Of a DNA stretch of 64,000 nt, positions 1-11,500 are shown one piece after another. Numbering within the stretch: position 1 is the stretch's first letter; each line of letters opens with the position of its first letter. Origin of the DNA: Halarcobacter sp. (lineage in GTDB: Bacteria; Campylobacterota; Campylobacteria; Campylobacterales; Arcobacteraceae). Both the position numbers and the translations under genes were made by a program. Location of the stretch: positions 2,976,001 through 3,040,000 of the forward strand of contig OY781089.1 of NCBI GenBank assembly GCA_963676565.1, in the 5' to 3' direction. The notes under the pieces are model-generated. The model was not told the origin of the DNA, ran no database searches, and saw nothing but the letters and a program-made list of their open reading frames with translations.

Positions 1-769
1 CCTCTTTTTTATTTTGAGCTTCTTCAATTGCAAGTTCTAATCTAGGAATAGAAAGCCTTGCAGCATTTAAATCACCTCTTAATTGAGAATACTCTTTTTT
101 AATTTTAAGTAAATCAACATTTGATCTTGCACGTTTGTCAACAAGTTTCGCAATAGTATCTCTTTCTTGTGCTACAAGTTTTAAACTTCTACTTAATTGG
201 TATGTTTTATTTTTAGTTTCTACTAATTCTTGTTTTTTTTGTCTATATTGAAAATCTAAAGTTTCAATAGTACTTAATAATTCATCAATTCGTTTTCTAA
301 AAAGTTGTTGATCGGCTTTTGCAAATGCTGGAGCTTCTTTTATAATTTCTTCTGAGAATTCTAGTGTAGGTAAAGGTTTATCTAAATCAATTTTTGATTC
401 AGCTTCAAGTCTTGTTTTAGTAATTAATAAATGAGTATAAGTTTTTTTGTTCTCTTCAAGAGATGCTTGAAATCTTGTAGTGTCAATTTTCATTAAAGGT
501 TGCCCTTTTTTTACAATTTCACCTTCACCAATTAAAATATCTGAAATAATACCACCATCTAAACTCTGAATTGTTTGTATTTTTTCAGAAGGTATGACCT
601 TACCTTCTCCTCTAGCTAACTCATCAATAGGTGAGACATATGCCCAGTAAATAGCAAATGTAAAAAAAGCCAAAATAAGTAAAAACAAAACTAAGGCCAT
701 CGAACTTATTTTTGAATTTTCTTGTGCATAAAGACTATTTACAAATCTTATATCTTCTTCATTTTTCAT
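1..769 (-). CDS. HlyD-family T1SS periplasmic adaptor (3' end runs off window)
   Basis: Manual translation from ATG at 769: MKNEEDIRFVNSLY, then one TM helix, then DELARGEGKVIPSEKIQTIQSLDGGII..GQPLMKID. ATGA overlap with the ABC gene stop. Confidence 0.93.
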   Translation of the reverse strand, partial: MKNEEDIRFVNSLYAQENSKISSMALVLFLLILAFFTFAIYWAYVSPIDELARGEGKVIPSEKIQTIQSLDGGIISDILIGEGEIVKKGQPLMKIDTTRFQASLEENKKTYTHLLITKTRLEAESKIDLDKPLPTLEFSEEIIKEAPAFAKADQQLFRKRIDELLSTIETLDFQYRQKKQELVETKNKTYQLSRSLKLVAQERDTIAKLVDKRARSNVDLLKIKKEYSQLRGDLNAARLSIPRLELAIEEAQNKKE

Positions 770-2946
770 TTTTTCTGACTCACTATTTTTTTACTTACTT
801 TTTGAGAGTTTGCAAAAGAACTTATAATCTTAGCCTTTGGACCATCAGCTATAATCTTACCATCATCAATTACAATAAGTCTATCAACTATTGAAAGGAT
901 TGATGGCCTATGGGTAATTACAATAACAGTTTTATCTTTTACAATATTTGCAACTTTATTTTTAAATTGTTCTTCACTTAAATCATCCATAGAGTTTGTT
1001 GGTTCATCAAAAATCATAATATTTGGATTAGATACAAGTGCTCTTGCAAGTGTTACAGATTGTCGTTCACCGCCACTTAAACCATCACCTCTTTCACCTA
1101 CTTGTAAATCATATCCAGCTTGATGTTTTCCTAAAAAGTCATGAACACCAGCAATTTTTGAGGCTCTTAATATCTCTTCATCAGTTGCGAACTGATCACC
1201 AATAGTAATATTATCTTTAATAGTTCCCATAAATAAAAATGGCTCTTGAGGAACATAACCTATTGCACGTCTGAGGTCAACTGGGTCAATTTGTCGTAAT
1301 TCTGTATTGTCTATTAAAACTGAGCCATCTGTTGGTTCATGTAGATTCATTAAAAGTTTTGCAATAGTTGATTTTCCAGAACCTATTTTTCCTATAATTC
1401 CAACTTTTTCACCTTTTTTAATGGTAAAATTTACATCTTTTAATACTTTGAAATTTTGGTCATTGTATGAAAAATTTACGTTTTTAAATACAATATCACC
1501 ATCAAGATTTTCTCTACTTAAATAGTGTTGATTTGCATTTCTTTCAACTGGCATATTCATAATTTCATCTATATTATTTAAACTAATCATTGTTCTGTCA
1601 AGTCTAATTATCATACCAACTATCTGTGAAACAGGAGCTATTACACGACCATTTAAAATCATAGCTGCAATAATTGCACCCATTGTAACTTCACCTTCAT
1701 TTGCTAGTAAAACACCTGCTGCAACAATTCCAATAGATGAAAACTGAGAAATAAAACCAACAAAATAAGTAACTATTTGTGAAAGGTAATGGGATTTATT
1801 TCCATAATATGAAGTTTGTGAAATTGATTTTTCCCAATGAGTTCTCATTCTATTTTGAGCTCTTACACTTTTGATTATTTCTAATCCTGTAACAGCTTCA
1901 GTTAAAACTGTTTGTTTTATTTGATCCTCTTTTGCAGATTTTAAAATAGTATCTTTTATTGGTCTTTGCATTATCCATGAAAACATTATAGCAATAAATA
2001 CTGTTGCTAAAGATACATATCCTAAAGGACCTCCAATAAAAAATATTATTGCTATAAAAAGTGCCACGAAAGGTAAATCTACAAAAGCAGTAATTGTAGC
2101 AGTTGTAAAAAATTCTCTTACACTTTCAAAGGATTGTAATCTACTTACAAACATCCCCGTTGAAGAGGGTTTTGCATTTAATTTGATATTTAATAATTGG
2201 TCAAATATCTTACTTGACATTCTAATATCTGCACGTTTTCCAGCTTGTTCTATAAAATGTGCTCTTAAAAGTTTTAAAATAAAATCAAATATTAAAACAA
2301 TTGCAATACCTGATACAAGTACCCACAGTGTATCAACTGCTTTATTTGGTAAAACTCTATCATATACATTCATAGTAAAAAGAGGTACGGCTATAACAAA
2401 AAGATTGATTAAAATGGCAGCTAAAATCACAAGATAGTATATCTTAAGATTTTTTTTCATTGTTCCCCAAAACCATCTTTTAGCTTCATAGACTTTTACA
2501 TCTTTATCAACTCTATTTTCAAAGTTATATGCAGGTTTTATAATTAAAAGGTTTCCACTATATTCTTTTTTGAAATCATCTAATGAAATTGTAATTTCAC
2601 CAAGACTTAAATCAGGAATTATAACTGTAATTTGATTTTTTAGTATATTTACATTTAATACTACACAGGCTTTATTTGTATTAAAAAGTGCCACAGCAGG
2701 AAGTGACATATTTTCTATTTTTTCAACTTTCCTTTTTACAGGTTTTGCAACAAGCCCTACTCTTTTTGCTGATTTTATAAACATTGCAGGGGTCATAATA
2801 GAACCATGTATTGCAAGTCCAGAGATTAAAGATTCAGCTGAAGCTGCTCTTTTATGAAATTTTGAGAGGAAAAGCAGAGACTCTAAAAGAGTATCCACTT
2901 CTCTATTTTCAACGACATTTTCAAAGTCGTTATTTAAATCATCCAA
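766..2946 (-). CDS. T1SS ABC transporter permease/ATPase (LapB/HlyB-like, N-terminal C39-like domain)
   Basis: PLFTMNVYDRV TM-domain motif, Walker A GKIGSGKST, signature LSGGERQ, Walker B IMIFDEPT. Lies between tolC and hlyD. Confidence 0.96.
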   Translation of the reverse strand: MDDLNNDFENVVENREVDTLLESLLFLSKFHKRAASAESLISGLAIHGSIMTPAMFIKSAKRVGLVAKPVKRKVEKIENMSLPAVALFNTNKACVVLNVNILKNQITVIIPDLSLGEITISLDDFKKEYSGNLLIIKPAYNFENRVDKDVKVYEAKRWFWGTMKKNLKIYYLVILAAILINLFVIAVPLFTMNVYDRVLPNKAVDTLWVLVSGIAIVLIFDFILKLLRAHFIEQAGKRADIRMSSKIFDQLLNIKLNAKPSSTGMFVSRLQSFESVREFFTTATITAFVDLPFVALFIAIIFFIGGPLGYVSLATVFIAIMFSWIMQRPIKDTILKSAKEDQIKQTVLTEAVTGLEIIKSVRAQNRMRTHWEKSISQTSYYGNKSHYLSQIVTYFVGFISQFSSIGIVAAGVLLANEGEVTMGAIIAAMILNGRVIAPVSQIVGMIIRLDRTMISLNNIDEIMNMPVERNANQHYLSRENLDGDIVFKNVNFSYNDQNFKVLKDVNFTIKKGEKVGIIGKIGSGKSTIAKLLMNLHEPTDGSVLIDNTELRQIDPVDLRRAIGYVPQEPFLFMGTIKDNITIGDQFATDEEILRASKIAGVHDFLGKHQAGYDLQVGERGDGLSGGERQSVTLARALVSNPNIMIFDEPTNSMDDLSEEQFKNKVANIVKDKTVIVITHRPSILSIVDRLIVIDDGKIIADGPKAKIISSFANSQKVSKKIVSQKK

Positions 2947-2975
2947 TAAGTATTCCTAAGTTAAAGTATTTAAAA

Positions 2976-4622
2976 CTATTTAACTTTTATTATATAAGAA
3001 TCTGCATAAAGTTTCCTTGCCATAGCTCTAACTTCTTTAGCAGTTTTCATATCTTCTAGATTATAAATTACTCCACTTTGTAAACCTCTTGCTGGTTCTA
3101 CTTTGATTTTATAATCAGGACCAATAGCTTCTTGCATTTTATCAATTGCTTTTTGAGTATCTGTAATATCTTTATGAGCAACAAAATAAACTGCGTAAGT
3201 TCCTACAATCATCTCTTCAGTTTGAACAGGTTTAACTGTATCTTCCGCTAATAAAGCTTGAACCTCTTCTGAAGCAACTTCTTCTTTTACTGGTTCAACT
3301 TTTGCTGGTACTTTTGTTTCAGTACAAGTATCATTGTTGCTACTTAATACTGATTCTTTGATTGTTCCTAAATTTTTAAAGATATTAAAATATGCAGCAT
3401 CAAGATCATATTGAATATCAATTAATTCTTCTTTTGCTGATATTAAGTCTCTTTCAATATTTAATACATCAATAAAAGTTCTTGTACCACCTTCAAACTG
3501 ATCTTTGTAATATCCTAAGATTTCTTGATTGTCAGTGATATATTTTGATAATTCTTCTTCTCTTTTTTTAGCATACATATATGCATTATAAGCTGCAGTT
3601 GCTTCATCTATAACTTCAGAAGTTACCGTATCAAGTGTTGTTTGAGCCTCTGCTAAAAATGCTTTTTCTCTAGCACTTTGTGCTTTATCACTTCCACCAT
3701 TTAATAAATTATATGTTAGTTCTATTCTTGCACTATAAACATTTGTTTGTTCATCTGTTGTAATTAAGCTTTTATCATAAATTCCTTGTGCTTTGAATTT
3801 TAAAGTTGGGAAAAATGAAGCATCACTTTGATTTAAGATAGCTCTTTGTTCTTTGATATTTTCAACTTGCTCTAAAATCTTTGGACTAGATAATAAAACT
3901 TGATCTATATAATCTTTTAAAGTAGATGGTATAGCAGATACATCAAGGTTTGGTCTGCATGACTTTCCATCATCTTCCATTCCAACATTCTTTTTAAATG
4001 AACTTGTTGCTCTTAAAAGGTTGTTAGTATCTTGGTAAAGTTTATTATTTGCATAGTGAATTTTTGCATTTACTTGTGATTCATGTAAAGCAATACCACT
4101 AATTTCAGCTGTTTCTTTTGCTGTTTGAAAGTATTCATTATAAACACTTAAACTCTCATTTGCTACTGCTACTCTATTTTTGTATTTTACAAGATTTAAA
4201 TATGAATCTAAAGAGTCATAAATAATATCATCTACAATTGAGTCATTTAAATATTTATTTGAGCTATATCTAAACTGAGCTTCATCAATTTGACCACTTG
4301 TTAGTCCACCATCATAAATAAGTTGTTCAAAATCTAGTTGAGCATTATAACCTCTATCCGTATTACTTGTATTATTTCCAGCATCAGGATTTGTCTTAGT
4401 GTTTTTTACACCAACGTATGCTGTTAAATCAAGCTTTGGTAAGTATCCACCTTCAGCTTCATCAATATAAAGTCTATAAGCTTCATTGTTTTTTGCTGTA
4501 GACATGATTTTTGGATTATTTGAAATTGTATGTTCAACTACCTCTTTGATAGTCTGACCTTGCATTAACGATGCACCTAATAATAGAATAGCTGGAAAGC
4601 TCAGCTTAATGTTTTTCCCCAT
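2976..4622 (-). CDS. TolC-family T1SS outer membrane protein with C-terminal extension
   Basis: Signal peptide and two outer membrane efflux repeats (YLPKLDL, FFPTLKF, GTRTFIDVL). Start moved to ATG 4622, which follows AAGGA. Confidence 0.92.
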   Translation of the reverse strand: MGKNIKLSFPAILLLGASLMQGQTIKEVVEHTISNNPKIMSTAKNNEAYRLYIDEAEGGYLPKLDLTAYVGVKNTKTNPDAGNNTSNTDRGYNAQLDFEQLIYDGGLTSGQIDEAQFRYSSNKYLNDSIVDDIIYDSLDSYLNLVKYKNRVAVANESLSVYNEYFQTAKETAEISGIALHESQVNAKIHYANNKLYQDTNNLLRATSSFKKNVGMEDDGKSCRPNLDVSAIPSTLKDYIDQVLLSSPKILEQVENIKEQRAILNQSDASFFPTLKFKAQGIYDKSLITTDEQTNVYSARIELTYNLLNGGSDKAQSAREKAFLAEAQTTLDTVTSEVIDEATAAYNAYMYAKKREEELSKYITDNQEILGYYKDQFEGGTRTFIDVLNIERDLISAKEELIDIQYDLDAAYFNIFKNLGTIKESVLSSNNDTCTETKVPAKVEPVKEEVASEEVQALLAEDTVKPVQTEEMIVGTYAVYFVAHKDITDTQKAIDKMQEAIGPDYKIKVEPARGLQSGVIYNLEDMKTAKEVRAMARKLYADSYIIKVK

Positions 4623-4778
4623 GATGTGTTCCTTAAGAGTCAAAAAATAATTTTTATTTTAACAAATTGTGTGATTTATTATCTCATAATTTAGCATATG
4701 AAGCTTTAAGAAAACTTTAACTAAAATAATTTAGTTTCTAATTTGTAATAAAAGTAACACTTAAGGTTAAAAAGATTA

Positions 4779-5468
4779 ATGGCATATTCACTCAAAGAGA
4801 TTTTAAAAAGCTTGAAAGTTCTTTTTATCTCAAAAAAAGAATTGATAAGTGAAAAAGAAAATAATATATTGAATATTTTTTTTGACAAAGTAATAATTAC
4901 TCATACAAGTGGTATTGGTATAAGAAAATTTTGTGAAATGCACCCAGATGTGGTTATTACAGACTTTGACTTAGCAAATGGTTGTGGCATTGAATTATGT
5001 AAAAAAATTAGAAAACATAATCCTACTATCCCAATAATAATATTAACAGAAAACAAAAATGAAAAATACCTTCTCGAAGCAATAAGAATTCAAGTTATTG
5101 ATTTTGTAGTAAGACCAACAAAAGCTGAAGATTTAATATATTCTTTAAATTTAACTGCAAAATATTTATTAAATCATGGAAATGTTACAATAAAACTCTC
5201 AAATGGCAACATTTATGACTATCAAGAAAAAACTATTTTAAAAGATAACAAAATTTTGTGTAAACTTACAAAAAATGAATTTAGACTTTTAGAGCTTCTA
5301 ATTTCAAACAAAGGACAAACCATAAATAAAGAAGAAATTGAAAGTTATCTTTGGGCAGATGAACAAATAACGGACTCAGCTTTTAAATCACTTTTTTCAA
5401 GACTTAGACAAAAAATCGGGAAAGAGAATATCAAAAATAGTTTTGGAATTGGGTATCAGTTAGTTTAA
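4779..5468 (+). CDS. OmpR/PhoB-type response regulator with atypical receiver
   Basis: Receiver-like N-terminus (DVVITDFDL..GIEL..PIIILT) and winged helix (LTKNEFRLLELL..SRLRQKI..GIGYQL). Confidence 0.9.
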   Translation: MAYSLKEILKSLKVLFISKKELISEKENNILNIFFDKVIITHTSGIGIRKFCEMHPDVVITDFDLANGCGIELCKKIRKHNPTIPIIILTENKNEKYLLEAIRIQVIDFVVRPTKAEDLIYSLNLTAKYLLNHGNVTIKLSNGNIYDYQEKTILKDNKILCKLTKNEFRLLELLISNKGQTINKEEIESYLWADEQITDSAFKSLFSRLRQKIGKENIKNSFGIGYQLV

Positions 5469-5469
5469 A

Positions 5470-5499
5470 AAAAAGCCGAGAAATCATTCTCGGCTTTTT
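5470..5499. terminator. Bidirectional intrinsic terminator
   Basis: AAAAAGCCGAGAA-ATCA-TTCTCGGCTTTTT between convergent genes. Confidence 0.9.
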
Positions 5500-5505
5500 A
5501 AGAAT

Positions 5506-8500
5506 TTAGATATTTGTATCTTCTACATTAAGTGAATCAATTAAAAGTTTAACACTTGAATCTGTAACACCTTCATAAATATCTAAGCCTGTATCTACAT
5601 CAGTATTACCAGTAGCAGTCCATTCATTAGTTAAATCTAATTTAACTGTATCTCCACTATCTGTTTCTATTTTTAATGTATTATCACTATCAGTCATAGC
5701 TAATACATCACCAACACTAATATTTGATAGAATATGATCGCCACTTGATAAATCTATTTCATCAATAGAATTACCAGAAGATAAAAGTTGACCTTCAGTG
5801 ATTGCATTTTGAAGAAGCGCAGACATATCTGTGATACCATCATCAACATCATCTTGGATAAATAATACTTCATCACCTGATAAGTTAGGAACAATTTCAG
5901 TATCATCTTCCAATGAAGTAATTTTAACATCTTTAAATACTCCATTAAAATCTTCATTTGTTGTGCTTCCTACAGTATAATTACTATCATTTACAGCAAC
6001 CATTGCTGATGGACTATCTCCCATCGAATCATCAAGTCCTACAGATTGACCATCAATAAATATTGTTGCACCATTTATTGGATCATAATTTACTTCAATT
6101 GAATGCCACTCATCTATTGTTAATGAATCAATTGTTACTGCTTTGTATACCCCTCCATTTACAAGTGGAATATAAAGTTGTAAATATGTTCCTGGATTAT
6201 GAGGTGAATTATGATCTGCATCACCAAATTCAATTAAAAATGAATTACTACCATTATCATTTTGTCTGAAGAAAGTTTCTGAATTACTATCTAATTTAAC
6301 ATCTGCCTCAAACTTAAACCCTGAACTAAAATTAAGACCAGTCATGTCGATATTGTCAACATCTGATGAAACAGTTGCAACTTCAAATTCAGGAAGATCA
6401 TCAGTTCCTGTAATATTAATAGTTAATGTAGATACTTGTGTAACTCCATTTTCATCAGTTATAGTATATGAGAAAGTTTCACTAACTTGTTCTCCTTCTG
6501 ATAATTCATTTACTATATCTCTATCATTATAAAGATTATAGATATATTCACCACTTTTTGCATCTACCATGATATTTCCATATACTCCAGAAATATGGAA
6601 TCCCTCATAAAGTTGTCCATTAATTGTATGAGTTGCAACTGTACTTGATATAACTTGTGGAGAAGTCATCTCTAAACCTATAATCTGAATAGCATCATCA
6701 TTGTCTATATCTACATCTTTATCATTTGTAAGAATATTTCCGCTGATTTGTGATTTTGTTGTGATACCAGAGGCTGCTTCATTTACACTATTTGTATCAG
6801 CAACTACAATTGGCTCATCATCATGAATACTTACAATCAATGCTGAACTTGCTGCATCTCCATCTGCATCTGTAATTGTATATCCAAATCCTAGTTTAAT
6901 CAGAGTTTCTGATCTACCATTATGATCTAATGGCTCTTTTTGTGTAAATATGTAATCTCCATTCTCATTATATGTAAATGTGAATACAACTGTTCCATCT
7001 GCTTTAGCTCCTGTAATAACATTTCCTACTTGAGTCGCTGTTACTGCATCTCCTCCTGATGTTAAGTTATTATAGTCTGCAGTATTTGAAATATGCATCT
7101 CTGTTACTATAGCTTCATCTGCACCTTCATTGATTCTTCCTAATGTTCCTGTCACAACTGCTTCATCAAAAATCCCATCATTATTTGCATCGGCTTCTGT
7201 TGTACTTGCACTTGACATTCCATCTATTGTTGGTACATCATCAATGATATTTATACTAAAATAGTCTACATCTGTATCTCCATCACCATCTGTTACTGTA
7301 TAGCTATATCTTAATAACAATTCTTCATCTTGTCCTGTAAGACTTGATTGAGGATGATCTATTGGACCTTCTAATGTGAATTCATAGTTACCATCTGGTT
7401 GCACAACTAATGTATAAACTGGAGTAGTATTTGCTAATGCTGTAATTGTAATTACTCCATTTACATCTACCATTTGTGTTGCAATAACTGGCTCACCATT
7501 TGACGTTAAAGCTATTGGTGGATTTCCTTGTCCATCATAAACCATAACTTGTGAACCTTCTCCCCAGAAGTTTACATCTGTCAAAGTAGCTCCATCTTCT
7601 CCTCCATCAAAGATTAATTGTCCATTTACACTTGCTGGAACTAAAGAGTCTATATCTACTTCTGAAATATCTTTTCTTCCTCCATAATCTGCAACTGGCG
7701 TATCATCTGCAATTTTTACTCCAAAGTTACTTGTTGACGTATCTCCATCTGCATCTGTTACTGTGAATTTTAATTTCAACAACAAGTCATCTTCTTGTGT
7801 ACTTCCTATTGGATGATCTATTGCCTCTTTTTGTACAAAGGTAAAGCTTCCATCTGATTGAGCTTCTAATCTAAATACTTCTGTATCATCTGATAGTTTC
7901 CCTACCATTGTCATTCCATTATCTTCATATGTTACTACTACTGCTTCTCCACCTGAAGTTAATGTAAATGCTGTCCCATTTGGTCCATCATATATTTTTA
8001 CTGTTCCGTCATTAGCATTTTGCCAATGGTGGAATACTGATGTTACTTCTGCTCCATCTGCTCCACCATCAAAGTTTAATTGTCCATTTACTACTGTATT
8101 TAAACTCGTCTCATCTGCTAATACTGGTGCTGTCCATGATGATAATGGTACATCATCTTTAATTAATAAATCAATCTCATTCTCTAGTGTATCTCCATCT
8201 GCATCTATTGCTTTAAATGCTAGGGTAAATGCTGAAGTATTCGCTTGTCCATGTTGTGGATGTAATGCATCTGCATGTAACAAGTTTGCATTTTGAGTAT
8301 ATGTATATGCCCCTGTCTCTGCATTATCCATTGTTACTTGTGCTACTTGTACTTGCACTCCACCTTGATCTTGGAATATTAATAGTGTCCCATTTGCATC
8401 TACATCAAATGTAATTCCATTTACTGTATTTACATCGAAAGTACTATTTACTGCATCCCATTCAAATGTTCCTCCATCTGCTCCTAGGCTTACTGCCATA

Positions 8501-11500
8501 CTCAATGCTTTTCCTGTCATATTCCATTGTTGATCTGTACCTTGTGCTCCGCCTGCTGAGTCATCTGCACTTATGATTCTCATATTATTTGTCATTTGTG
8601 AATCATTATATATCATCTCTGGTACATCATCAATGATTCTTACAGATAATGAACTTTCTAATGTATCTCCATCTTTATCTGTTGCTTCAAATATGAAGTT
8701 TATTGATTGACCTTCGTCTCTTCCTCCAGGATTTCCATCTGGTGCTGTATGATCTAATGAACCAATTAAATTCACATCATACGTTTTTCCATCTGAGTTT
8801 AATATTACTTCAAATACTGTCTCAGTTCCTGCTTTTGCAATAACTTTTCCTGGTATACTAAAGTCATAAGTAATTGGTACTCCACCTGAAGTTAGCTGAT
8901 CATGCATATATCCTTCTACTACTCCTGTAAAGGCTACACTTGCAAATCCATCTGCTCCATAATCTACTCTTAAACTTGCTGTTGTTGTATCTCCTACAGT
9001 TGACTCTTCTACTACTGCATTTTGTGCAATCCCATTTTGTGATAAACTTATTGGAGAATCATCCTCTACTCTTATTGTAGAGTATCCTGTTGCTGTGTCT
9101 CCATCTCCATCTGTAACAGTATATTGTAATACTAAATTTACTATCTCATCTTGATAGCTTCCTGAAGTTGAACCTTCTACATGATCTATTGGTGCATATT
9201 GTGTATAGGTATAATCTCCTGTCACTTCATCTACTACTATTGTAAATACTGTTACACCATTTGCTTTACCTGTGATATCTAGTCCTGCTCTTTCTAGTAC
9301 TATATCTTCACCTTGCGATTGTAAAAAATATCTTTCATTATTACTTACATATTTAGTCTGGATTTTATCCCCTACTTCATTTGCAAATCTTAATTCTGTT
9401 ACTGTTGCTCCATCTGCTCCACCATCGAAGTTTAACGATGTTCCTACTGTACTTAATGTTACAAAGCCATTTGCATCTGTAGTCTCTGTTACTACATATC
9501 CTGTTTGTCCATTATTTTGTGTATATCCACTCCATCCTGCTGTTGGTACATCATCTACAACTTGTAAAGTTACATTTCCACTTCTTACATCTCCATCAGA
9601 ATCTTCCGAATCATAGTCAAAACTTAAATATTTAGTTTCGCCATTATGTTGATTCATTAGATGATCTATTGGTTTAAATAATGTCATTGTGTAACTATTA
9701 GTATTAGTATATGAACCAACCGTTTGAGGTGTAGTATTATCTATTTCTAAAGTAAATACAACTTCATCTGTAGTTTGTGTTTTTGCTGTAATGGTTAAAC
9801 CATCTGCACTAACATCATAAACAACAGCTTCTCCACCAGAAGTTAGTCCATTTGGTACTGTTTGAGTTGTATTAAAAGTTATAGTTCCTGGTGTATCATC
9901 ACCAAACTCTATTCTAAATGCTTTTGTATCAGTTTCACTATCATCATTAGCATCATCAATTCCAACTTCATATACTTTAGCTTTATTATCTTTACTTGTA
10001 TCAACTAAAGGATTTCCTTGAGTATTAGCGATGAAATCTTGTACTGAATCAACTGTTACTGATGAAGTAGCACTATCAACACTTACAGTACCTTTTATTC
10101 CACCATAACTACTTGTGATGTCAACAGCCGTTGAGCCATTAACTAAATTGTATCCATTTTGATCCCATGCATGATATGTAATATCAGCACTTCCATAATA
10201 ATCTTCATTTGGTACAAATCTAACAAGAGATGAATCATAAAGCATCGTAGCATTAGTATCACTTGTACTATTATCAAAGTTAGTCCAAGAAGTTCCACCA
10301 TCAATTGAATACTGCCAAGTTCCATTTGTATTATCGATACCTGTTACTGCAATACCCTCTACTGCATCATCATCAAAATCACTAACAGAATTACCTAATA
10401 ATGCTGAAACTAATGTACCTGTATTATCAACATCTAAAACATCTTCATTGATTTCAGTTAAGTTAGCAACTAAATTACTATCAATAACTGGTTTATCATT
10501 TGTACCTAAAATATTTATAGTTGCAACAGCTTCATTACTTACTGCTCCATTATTGTCAATAATTGTGAATTTAAATGTATCTGTATCAGTATCTCCTGCA
10601 TCTAGGTGATCAAATACTGTTTCACCATTTGTTTTAAACATATTTAAGTTGTATTCAACTTTTCCATCTGCATTGATTCTTACAGCAACTCCACTATTAC
10701 TTTCAATCCAAGCTGTTGCATTTACACCATCATATGTTACTGTATCTCCTGCATCATTTGAGATTGAATTAACTCTTAAAGTATCATTTACATCTACATC
10801 ATATCCTGCAATAGAAGATAAATCATCTACTCCAAAATCACTTGTTGGATCAATAACAATTTGTTGACCTGCATTTTCCCAAACTTGTCCATTGTTTGCT
10901 GGTCCATCATGGATAAAAGATTTTGCAACTGGTTTATCATTTGTACCTGTAATTGTTATTGTTACTGTTTTAACTTCACTATGAGATGGTTCATTATTTG
11001 CATCTCCTGTAGTTCCAAAACCTTCCCAATCAGAAGCTTTATAATTAAATGATAAAGTTACTGTTTCACCATCTGCTAGAGTATTAAATTTTTCACTGAA
11101 TACTTTATATACTCTGCTTGTAGTCCATCCATTTCCATTCTCACCTTTTAAAGATACATCAATATCACTAGCAACTAAACCTATAGGGTTTGATAAAACT
11201 TCAACATCTCCAACTATTTTGTAATGAGGATTAGTATTATTAATATCTTCATCAGCTACTTTTGATAGTTTACCTTTAAATAATACATCTTCATTTCCAT
11301 TTTTATCTTTTAAATTTTCTTCAAAAATAATAGTTGATGGAGTATCCCCTAAAGTGATATTATCAACTACTGGTTGGTCATTTGTTCCTACTACTTCAAC
11401 TGTAACTGTTTTTGGAGATGAAAGATTTGTTTCACCATTTGCATCATTTGTTCCATCATTTGCTACAACATCAAAAGTAACTAACACTTTTTCTCCGGCA

